Source: an uncultured virus (IMG/VR IMGVR_UViG_3300021087_000006) (taxonomy: Duplodnaviria > Heunggongvirae > Uroviricota > Caudoviricetes). From it: 64,000 nt of DNA. Numbering within the stretch: position 1 is the first letter of the stretch; each line of letters starts with the position of its first letter. The stretch is from the IMG/VR virus record IMGVR_UViG_3300021087_000006. The stretch is one strand, 5' to 3'. The notes under the pieces were generated by a model. It had not been told where the DNA came from, made no database searches, and was given only the letters and a program-made list of their open reading frames with translations. Below, one piece after another: positions 56,950 through 64,000 of this stretch. A program made the position numbers and the translations under genes.

Positions 56950-57248
56950 ACGAGAAGCACAAGAGGTCTAACAAACAAGAGAACCGTACCGCTGACAAAT
57001 ACAACGGTAGTAGAAATGTAATGTCGGGCGCTGGGTGGGTTCGTAAGAACGATGTTAGGACTGAAGACTTGCTGGTTGAAAACAAGTACACCGACAAGAA
57101 GTCCTATTCAATAAAGTCTGACGACATGATTAAGTTAGCACGAACAGCAATACTGGAAGACCGTATGCCCGTATTACAGGTGGACTTAGGTGGACGCTCT
57201 TACGTAGTGATACTGGAAGATGACTTTTTAGGATTTATAAATGACTGA
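56946..57248 (+). CDS. Small PD-(D/E)xK nuclease (resolvase-like)
   Basis: QE..TA...SGAG...KND...LVENK. Confidence 0.65.
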   Translation: MNEKHKRSNKQENRTADKYNGSRNVMSGAGWVRKNDVRTEDLLVENKYTDKKSYSIKSDDMIKLARTAILEDRMPVLQVDLGGRSYVVILEDDFLGFIND

Positions 57249-58218
57249 AGATGCGTGGAAGATTGAGGCTATGAAAGCCAAAATTAAGAGTAAGTCAACA
57301 GTGTCATCAATGCTTCACAAACTGATGTTGGACGAATACAAAGACAAGTCAGCACTTCGGGATACTAAGCATTTCCATCCAAGTGAACTATGTAAGAGGG
57401 ACTGGTGTGTAAGGCAATCAGTTTACAAAATTATGGGTATGGAGGAATCCAATCCAGAAAGACCTAAGGCGTTTACGACCTTGAATGTTTTTGAAGAGGG
57501 TAATCTTATACATCGTAAATGGCAGAACTGGTTGAATAAAGCAGGAGTGTTGAGAGGTCAATGGTTCTGCCTTGAGTGTGAGCATCAGTGGTATGGTGAG
57601 AACTCTTGTCCTGAATGTAAGTCATTACAGGTGAGCTATAGAGAGGTTCCAATCTATGACGATGAACACCACATACTGGGTCACTCAGATGGTCATGTTG
57701 TTTCTGGTGATGAAGAGTTTTTAATCGAAATAAAGTCTCTGGGTATGGGGACTTTTAGATACGAGAACTTTCCACTTTTCAATAAGTACGCAAAAAAAGA
57801 GATAACAGCCGACCAGATGTGGAATGAACTTACACGGCCGTTCCTATCTCATCTTCGTCAGGGCAACCTGTACATGCACTGCACAGGTATACATCGGATG
57901 ATTTTTATTTATGAGTGGAAAGCCTCACAGGCTGTTAAAGAGTTTAATGTCGTATATCAACCGGAAGTGATTACCGACATACTGTATCAATTAAGAGGAG
58001 CCATATATGACTTAGAAGCCAATATGATTCCAAAAAGACCTGAATGGATTGACAGCAAAGACCATCAGGCATGTAAGTATTGTACGTATAAGAAGATATG
58101 TTGGAGTAGTGATGACGAAAGCACAAGCAAAGTTCAATCTGAAATTCGATATCCCGAAGAAACCGGGGGATCAGATGCCGGGTCTGCCGGAGCAGATAGA
58201 CGTATTATCAGACGGTGA
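57241..58218 (+). CDS. Cas4-like PD-(D/E)xK exonuclease
   Basis: HPSELC...C; GN.IH; GHSDG; EIKS; Q..LYM; C-terminal CKYC.Y...C. Confidence 0.8.
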   Translation: MTEDAWKIEAMKAKIKSKSTVSSMLHKLMLDEYKDKSALRDTKHFHPSELCKRDWCVRQSVYKIMGMEESNPERPKAFTTLNVFEEGNLIHRKWQNWLNKAGVLRGQWFCLECEHQWYGENSCPECKSLQVSYREVPIYDDEHHILGHSDGHVVSGDEEFLIEIKSLGMGTFRYENFPLFNKYAKKEITADQMWNELTRPFLSHLRQGNLYMHCTGIHRMIFIYEWKASQAVKEFNVVYQPEVITDILYQLRGAIYDLEANMIPKRPEWIDSKDHQACKYCTYKKICWSSDDESTSKVQSEIRYPEETGGSDAGSAGADRRIIRR

Positions 58219-58582
58219 GCTAATGTCACTGTATAGTGAGGCTGTAGCATGGGTAAACTATGCTAAGTCAGAATTGGTACAGGCAGAAATAATTGAAGAG
58301 AACGCCTTAGCGTTATTGAAGCAAACTGAGGCCATGGCTTTACTATCCCAGTGGGAGTCGGCTGATCAGGGTGAAACAGTTACCATGGCTAAAGCTAGAA
58401 GAGATGCAGACCCAAAGGTGATAGAGTGTCAAAGCAGACATTCTGAGGCTCGGGCTTATAGGAAGTTAGTGGATACTGTATTTGACAGGGGTGACCGTGT
58501 ATCTACCGTACTCTCAAGAGAGTTAAGTCGCAGGATAAGCCTAGCGCCTACTGATAGGCGTACTCAATGGGTGGCACCATAA
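58112..58582 (+). CDS. Helical protein, possible recombination mediator (UvsY-like)
   Basis: GGAG RBS at 58112; helical, ends LSRELSRR; lies near recA. Confidence 0.45.
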   Translation: MTKAQAKFNLKFDIPKKPGDQMPGLPEQIDVLSDGELMSLYSEAVAWVNYAKSELVQAEIIEENALALLKQTEAMALLSQWESADQGETVTMAKARRDADPKVIECQSRHSEARAYRKLVDTVFDRGDRVSTVLSRELSRRISLAPTDRRTQWVAP

Positions 58583-58947
58583 TGGGAAATCCATCCAAGC
58601 AAAAAGGTACATCATTCGAGACAACAATTAAGGAATATTTATGGTCTGTGGGCTTTGAATCTGCCCGCAGGACAGCACTGTCAGGTGCTAATGATACAGG
58701 TGATATTAATGGAATTAGTAATGGTAGTACTGGCAGAGAGGTCGCTGTACAGTGCAAGAACCAGAAGAAGTTTGACCTCAGCGGGTGGCTTGACGACACC
58801 GTGGAGCAGGCGAAACGCTTGGACGATGCCGTTCCATTGCTGGTAGTAAAACGCCCCGGAAAAGGTTCAAAGTCAATAGATGAGACATATTCTGTGATGC
58901 GGTTGTGTGATTTAGTCTGCCTATTACAGGAAGCGGGCTACCTCTAA
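58582..58947 (+). CDS. Holliday junction resolvase-like nuclease
   Basis: SKQKGTSFE...ARR...DTGDI...VQCKN. Confidence 0.8.
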   Translation: MGNPSKQKGTSFETTIKEYLWSVGFESARRTALSGANDTGDINGISNGSTGREVAVQCKNQKKFDLSGWLDDTVEQAKRLDDAVPLLVVKRPGKGSKSIDETYSVMRLCDLVCLLQEAGYL

Positions 58948-58988
58948 ACTGGTTAAGACACAACAGTCGTCTTAATTGGAGTAGTTAA

Positions 58989-59282
58989 ATGTCAGAAGAA
59001 AAAATGGGAATAGATTCCCAAGCAGTAATAAAAGTATCAGGTTCTAGTAACCCTCAGAGCGTAGGATCAATCCTAGCCAGAGCCATCAGCGCAGGGCACG
59101 ACCCAAAGATGCGTGCCATTGGAGCAAGCGCAGTAAACCAGTCTGTAAAGGCTTGTGCTATTGCCCGTGGTTTTGTGGCTCCTAGGGGACTAGATGTAAG
59201 TTACATCATTGGTTTTGATGATATTATGGGTGATAACGGGGATCAAATTTCAGCAATGTTCTTCAAGCCCGTAGTTAAATGA
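58989..59282 (+). CDS. spoVS: SpoVS-family protein
   Basis: IKVS..SNP.SV..AIGASAVNQSVKACAIARGFVAPRG. Confidence 0.85.
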   Translation: MSEEKMGIDSQAVIKVSGSSNPQSVGSILARAISAGHDPKMRAIGASAVNQSVKACAIARGFVAPRGLDVSYIIGFDDIMGDNGDQISAMFFKPVVK

Positions 59283-59497
59283 AACCTATACAAAACCAAC
59301 AGCAAGCAGCAGCAAGTTTAAAACCACATGGTTACCGTGGCGATGTCACGTTAGCATCTGATCGCACTGGCAACACAGGTAGAATTAAAGCTAAACGGTT
59401 TGAACGCCCCCGACCAATAACTCCCGCAGGAAATGTGGGGTCACCACCTACCAGTCCCGATTTCGGTGGCACTGGTCTTAAGGTAATGGGATCGTAA
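59279..59497 (+). CDS. Hypothetical protein
   Basis: ATGA overlap. Confidence 0.55.
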   Translation: MKPIQNQQQAAASLKPHGYRGDVTLASDRTGNTGRIKAKRFERPRPITPAGNVGSPPTSPDFGGTGLKVMGS

Positions 59498-59498
59498 T

Positions 59499-60080
59499 AT
59501 GCCACTAGGAAAAGACACTGACAGAGTGGGTAACGCTAGAGAGCCTTGGAAAAGGCTAGGCTTCATGGGACCTGACATGGGCCGGATAAACCCCATGGAA
59601 TCAAGACAGCGAAACATGGTGAAGAGAGCCATGGAGAATGACCCTATTAAAGAAAGTGGTCCTGTCGAGGATCATGGCACCAACCACTGGAATCGTAGCG
59701 GGTTAGAACGTACAGAACAAAATCCACAGATACAAGGACAACTCTCATTTTGGAGAGATCCTCACAATTTCGGAAAAGTGGAAGGTGACCATTACGATTT
59801 ACCGGAGCTTGCAACTTCCAGAGACCATGCAGAGCAGACTTCACGAGGTCCGGGTGCTCTACCCGTTCGTGCTTTTGCTGAGGACTGGGTCAGGCACGAA
59901 ACAGATGGTGGTGGAGAAGACTCTCAAGAAGAACAAGACCGTAGGTGGGGACTAGCGGCTCAGATGGGTATTGAGGGCACAGAATATAACCATCCCGATT
60001 ACATCCCGGAAGGACCACACCACAGAAGCAGGGGACACACCGTTTCCAAATACAGCGGTGGACCTCGTTATCATGGCTGA
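59499..60080 (+). CDS. Hypothetical protein
   Basis: Tightly packed ORF. Confidence 0.6.
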   Translation: MPLGKDTDRVGNAREPWKRLGFMGPDMGRINPMESRQRNMVKRAMENDPIKESGPVEDHGTNHWNRSGLERTEQNPQIQGQLSFWRDPHNFGKVEGDHYDLPELATSRDHAEQTSRGPGALPVRAFAEDWVRHETDGGGEDSQEEQDRRWGLAAQMGIEGTEYNHPDYIPEGPHHRSRGHTVSKYSGGPRYHG

Positions 60081-60585
60081 AGGAACCTCAGGAAACGCCG
60101 CCGTATTTGCTAATTGGAATAGCCCTTCAGAACCTCCGGGTGCGGCTACAACTGCCGCCCTTGGTCCTGCTCCTAACTTCCGTAGTTCTAAGGACTACTT
60201 ATTATCGGGCTACCGCACTGGTGTAGAGACACAGTTCCCAGATGGTTATTTGGGAACAATGGAAGGCAACAGGCGAGCCGACAAGATTTTAGGTCATATA
60301 GAAAGAATGAACCTCAGGCAGTACAGCCGAGGAGTTCACAAGGGAGAGAGGATCAATCCTTCCGACTATATCTGGCCTCAGGAGTTTGGCAAGTTCACTA
60401 GTTTAGAGCTTGAATCTAAGGGAGCAAAGTTCGCTCCTGTAGGAACTTACTCACCCACACTCACTAATGATGGTAAAATTAGTGGAGCGGAAGCAATGAA
60501 ACGGGCACAGCCCGGATCGGAGAAACTGCCAGTAAACCCAGAGAGGCAATCTAGGTTAAGGCACCTAATGCCACTATATAGGTAG
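60073..60585 (+). CDS. Hypothetical protein
   Basis: Likely start ATG 60073 (track start 59971); PDGYLGT...RGVHKGERI. Confidence 0.65.
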   Translation: MAEGTSGNAAVFANWNSPSEPPGAATTAALGPAPNFRSSKDYLLSGYRTGVETQFPDGYLGTMEGNRRADKILGHIERMNLRQYSRGVHKGERINPSDYIWPQEFGKFTSLELESKGAKFAPVGTYSPTLTNDGKISGAEAMKRAQPGSEKLPVNPERQSRLRHLMPLYR

Positions 60586-60589
60586 AGAT

Positions 60590-60820
60590 ATGGAACGACA
60601 TAGACAACAGTTTGGAGATGACAGGACAAAGGCAGATGCTCCTCGTGCTTCCAAAAACCTCAGAGAAAGAGACCCAGTTAAAGCGGCTCAAGTACGCCAA
60701 TTCCTGTATCACCAATCATTACATGGTGGCAGGTCAGGTGGAGATAAACAATCCGACATAGAGTTCGCCGCACTTTCAGGTAATCGAGGACCAACTGTGG
60801 GAGGCGGAACACATGTCTAA
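60590..60820 (+). CDS. Hypothetical protein
   Basis: Tightly packed ORF. Confidence 0.55.
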   Translation: MERHRQQFGDDRTKADAPRASKNLRERDPVKAAQVRQFLYHQSLHGGRSGGDKQSDIEFAALSGNRGPTVGGGTHV

Positions 60821-61172
60821 GAGAGATCAAGAACATATAAGATCCAAAGGTGTACACCACCATAAAGAGCAGGCACATGAAGAGTACGGTGGACGCACTG
60901 CATCTAGGCAGAACTCACTAACTAGTGATTTAAGGCACGTAGGTAATGCAGAGAACGTAAGTAGGACGGCGCTAAACCTAAAAAGGGACGCTGGTCAACA
61001 ACGTGGTTTGGAATTTCCCTATGCCGCCGCCATTAGTAAGCACGATTCTTTAACAGAACTAATGCAAACTCCACCCGGATTTGAGCCATCGGATGATTTT
61101 TCTGAGAGACCAACTGTATGGGAATCTATTTTACACCCAGACGAGCGTGCAGATGAGGACTGGATCTCTTAA
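60813..61172 (+). CDS. Hypothetical protein
   Basis: Coupled ORF. Confidence 0.55.
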   Translation: MSKRDQEHIRSKGVHHHKEQAHEEYGGRTASRQNSLTSDLRHVGNAENVSRTALNLKRDAGQQRGLEFPYAAAISKHDSLTELMQTPPGFEPSDDFSERPTVWESILHPDERADEDWIS

Positions 61173-61174
61173 TA

Positions 61175-61537
61175 GTGCAAGTGCCTAATCGACCTGATGG
61201 GATGACAGAGTCATTCTCGATGCAACAATACCGTCAGAACAAGCGCCCTTGGCAAACACGACAAGAGTGGCTTGTAGACATTGCTCTAGAATCAGCGATA
61301 TCTGATCCTGAAACTATCAGGCAAACCAGACCTATGGTTCCGATGGAGCTTTACCCTGAAAGTAGGGGCTTTGCGAAATCCGAGCATGGTATAATGAGTA
61401 TACTAAATACATCACGAGAGGTACCAGTTTACCGTTCGTGGGTATCGGGAGCGCCAGTAATGTTGCACAACGGATCATTGGTTGACGACACATTCTCAGG
61501 CTCTGACCGATACACAATGCAACCGATGTGGATGTGA
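61175..61537 (+). CDS. Hypothetical protein
   Basis: Tightly packed ORF. Confidence 0.55.
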   Translation: MQVPNRPDGMTESFSMQQYRQNKRPWQTRQEWLVDIALESAISDPETIRQTRPMVPMELYPESRGFAKSEHGIMSILNTSREVPVYRSWVSGAPVMLHNGSLVDDTFSGSDRYTMQPMWM

Positions 61538-61542
61538 TTTAA

Positions 61543-62277
61543 ATGGCAGCTAGATATGTAAACCCCCAAAATGTAGCGGCACAAGGCCAATCGTTTTACA
61601 CTGGACTACTACCCGGATCGTACGATCAGGGAGGAGGCGGACGCGGCAACCAATCAAATGTGTATGGTGCAGGCTCCGGCGGTAGTGGTGGGGGTATCCC
61701 AGACAGAACAGCAGGCATAGATGCTCGTTCTATAACTGACTACAAACCTAAATTATCAATAGACATGCGTAGCCGAACAGGTGACAAGTTCAAAGAGTGG
61801 TTAAAGGGACCAGCAGAACCAACGCTAGTTAAGCTAGATGGGGAAGTAAATCCCAAAGCTGCGAAACATTCCGGTGCTCTAGGTGTCACAGAGCCGGACT
61901 GGTCGGAACCAGCTACGTCTTCCGGTGACATCATAGATATGGAAGAATCCGAGGCGGGTCAATGGCTAGTTCCACAGAAGAAGGATGTGACACACGGTTT
62001 TAATCCAGTTACTAACCCTCCAGCTACAAGTTCTGTGACACGCCCGACTATTTCACTCAACCCCGGACCTGCTTACCAGTCTGGGTCTCAAGGTTTTACA
62101 AGACAACCCGGAAGAACTACAACAGGATTGAGTGGTGGCTCTTTGCAGATGCCTTTTCCCGGAATGGGCAAGCCAGCTTACACGACCACGACGGGCAAGC
62201 CCGCTGGTAGGACTCAAACTCGTCGTCCAAACATAGCAATGAACCAATCTCGACCTACACAACAACAACTATTCTGA
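61543..62277 (+). CDS. Hypothetical G/P/T/Q-rich protein
   Basis: Long ORF with low-complexity composition. Confidence 0.6.
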   Translation: MAARYVNPQNVAAQGQSFYTGLLPGSYDQGGGGRGNQSNVYGAGSGGSGGGIPDRTAGIDARSITDYKPKLSIDMRSRTGDKFKEWLKGPAEPTLVKLDGEVNPKAAKHSGALGVTEPDWSEPATSSGDIIDMEESEAGQWLVPQKKDVTHGFNPVTNPPATSSVTRPTISLNPGPAYQSGSQGFTRQPGRTTTGLSGGSLQMPFPGMGKPAYTTTTGKPAGRTQTRRPNIAMNQSRPTQQQLF

Positions 62278-62289
62278 TAGGATATAAAC

Positions 62290-62478
62290 ATGGCAGTTAA
62301 TGAATCTCGCTCAATGAACCAAGACATGGCACAGGGTAAAAACGATGGCACCTACAAGCTGTTGTATCCTGACCGTGGCGGTGAAGTAGAAATGACAAAC
62401 ATTGCTACACGTAGCCGTGAACTTCCTTGGCATTATGGCCTAGACGCAGACGGATTTCCTGTTAAGATAAAATCATAA
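62290..62478 (+). CDS. Hypothetical protein
   Basis: AGGA RBS. Confidence 0.6.
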   Translation: MAVNESRSMNQDMAQGKNDGTYKLLYPDRGGEVEMTNIATRSRELPWHYGLDADGFPVKIKS

Positions 62479-62507
62479 CAATTAACCCCTAACACGGAGT
62501 ACAATTT

Positions 62508-63062
62508 ATGCCCCGCTTACTAGTTTGTAAGCCCTGTGGTGTGGTATACAACATGCAGGACTACGATGGACCGCCCGAATACGATCAGGAATTACGTGAG
62601 GTAATTGATCGACACCTAGGACAGGCATCCGATCCCCGACCAGAGTCTCATGGGTCCATGATATTTAGATGTGACAAGGAAACCGCCTCTAAGTTAGACA
62701 TGGAAACCGAAGTCAAAAAAGAACTCATGAAAAATGAGATTGAAGTGAGGGAGCTAAGAAATGACCTCAAAGAAGATGCTCTTAAATGCTTTAGTAAGCA
62801 TGGCCGCCCTAAGATGGACTGCTTGGACTACTGTAGTGAGGAAAAGACTATCGGTCGCAAGGTGGGTGTCCCCAAGAGTAAGAGACAATATCTTTGCATG
62901 TACTGCCCAGTGCAGGAATACTATCAACACAAGATACGTGATGCTAAAGGATTGTATAGCACTAAGCACGACACCGTTGACAGAATGGTGGATGTTAAGC
63001 CTACTAGTCGGACTAACGCAAACGCCGACCTCGGTAAGAAGCTCTGGACTCCTAGAGGGTAA
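62508..63062 (+). CDS. Cys-rich hypothetical protein (putative Zn-binding)
   Basis: CKPC, C..H, CLDYC, LCMYCP; GGAG RBS. Confidence 0.7.
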   Translation: MPRLLVCKPCGVVYNMQDYDGPPEYDQELREVIDRHLGQASDPRPESHGSMIFRCDKETASKLDMETEVKKELMKNEIEVRELRNDLKEDALKCFSKHGRPKMDCLDYCSEEKTIGRKVGVPKSKRQYLCMYCPVQEYYQHKIRDAKGLYSTKHDTVDRMVDVKPTSRTNANADLGKKLWTPRG

Positions 63063-63548
63063 ATGATATTAATAACAATGGACACCTTGGCATTACCAGC
63101 CGAGACTGTCGGAACACGCAAGCCCAGTGTTGAAGGGCGTGGGTTGTGGAACATGCTATTCCAGCAATATAACGGCAGTATTCTACTGATAGCTGATGTC
63201 AATGATGACAAAGACCACTTAGAGCATTGGCTTAAGACAAATGGGTACAAGCCCAGTATGTTGGATTTTGCCATTGACAATACACCTAGAGAAAAGGTCA
63301 GACGAGCTACGCAACTCAGGAACGCCTTTGGAACTGTACGCTGGTTTGTAGACGTTGATCCGTACTCTGCACAGTTAGCTTTAGAGGAGGGTCTACCCAC
63401 TTTAATTGCTGTGGCTCCCTCTGTACCACGAATTGAGTGGCGTACAGAGAACAAAGAGGCCAAGAGTACACCGTGGGACACACTGGTAGAGGAGATAGAC
63501 CGCCAGAAGGTTATGCGTGCAGAGGCTAGTTGGGGAGAGATAGAATGA
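63063..63548 (+). CDS. Hypothetical protein (HAD-like fold, degenerate)
   Basis: ILITMDTL...WL...FVDVDP. Confidence 0.55.
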   Translation: MILITMDTLALPAETVGTRKPSVEGRGLWNMLFQQYNGSILLIADVNDDKDHLEHWLKTNGYKPSMLDFAIDNTPREKVRRATQLRNAFGTVRWFVDVDPYSAQLALEEGLPTLIAVAPSVPRIEWRTENKEAKSTPWDTLVEEIDRQKVMRAEASWGEIE

Positions 63549-64000
63549 AGGTTTACTTCGGTGGAGCGGAGAAGGGGTCTTACAGGTCGATACTATTATC
63601 AGCAGGAGTTACATCCTTTGGTATGAATTTGACACAGTTTGCTATACCCAAGCGTAAAGAATTAATACTCAGCGACAAGTTTGAGGGGGGTGACGTTCTT
63701 CTATACACCTCAGAAACCGATGAAGATATCCATAGGTTTGACTCGTTCGTGAGACAGCACGAGCAGGACTTGGACATTGTCATTGGCAGACCAGACTATG
63801 ACGGTGAATGGCTTGGGGCTAAGTACGTACCAATCTGGAATGACAAAGAGGACGTAGAGCGTCTGGCTTGGTTATGTCAGTCTTATGGTCGGGTGGCTTT
63901 AAGTGATAAAGGTATAACAGCAAAGACACTACCTCGCATCAACCAACTACAACAACGCTGGGGAACAAAGATGGTAGCCCTGACCTCTAAAGTGGACTCA
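63545..64000 (+). CDS. Truncated ORF, possible TGT/DpdA-like TIM-barrel protein
   Basis: ATGA overlap; MKVYFGGAE...YVPIWND..DVERLAWLCQSYGRVAL...; runs off the window end. Confidence 0.45.
   Translation, partial: MKVYFGGAEKGSYRSILLSAGVTSFGMNLTQFAIPKRKELILSDKFEGGDVLLYTSETDEDIHRFDSFVRQHEQDLDIVIGRPDYDGEWLGAKYVPIWNDKEDVERLAWLCQSYGRVALSDKGITAKTLPRINQLQQRWGTKMVALTSKVDS

Noticed and set aside
57241..58218. Cas4-like gene as evidence of CRISPR-Cas
   Set aside because: No repeat-spacer array or other cas genes were seen; solo Cas4-like exonucleases are common in phage recombination modules.
1..64000. tRNA, rRNA, integrase or host chromosomal genes
   Set aside because: None were recognised; intergenic gaps are short and all identifiable genes fit a phage.

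Overview
The whole window is part of a large tailed dsDNA phage genome with a contractile tail (myovirus type). The host is most likely an actinobacterium, possibly Acidimicrobiia; this is an inference from the ferredoxin, r1t-like holin and promoter style. 1-8.3 kb is an accessory island with six prolyl-4-hydroxylase-like 2OG-Fe(II) oxygenases, a DUF6065-like protein, a Rossmann-fold protein, a methyltransferase-like gene and a set of small paralogous genes. 8.4-12.7 kb encodes a 1203-aa acidic lipoprotein with a predicted Cys-His-Asp triad and a ferredoxin. 14-23.5 kb is packaging and head (TerL, metallophosphoesterase, holin, portal, scaffold, and a major capsid protein split by a +1 frame break). 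23.5-44.6 kb is neck, sheath, tube, tape measure with an M15 peptidase domain, baseplate, two S74-chaperone fibres and an endolysin. 45.7-59.3 kb is replication and recombination (initiator, DnaC-like loader, DnaB, primase, SNF2 helicase, SSB, family A DNA polymerase, RecA, nucleases, SpoVS-like). 59.3-64 kb holds hypothetical genes and a truncated TGT-like gene. The most notable signals are the oxygenase/small-paralog island, a candidate minus-strand small RNA divergent from the replication initiator, apparent avoidance of CCWGG, a ~70-aa module inserted in three baseplate proteins, and two +1 frame jumps at CYT-TTA-T. All family assignments come from motif recognition by eye, not from database searches.
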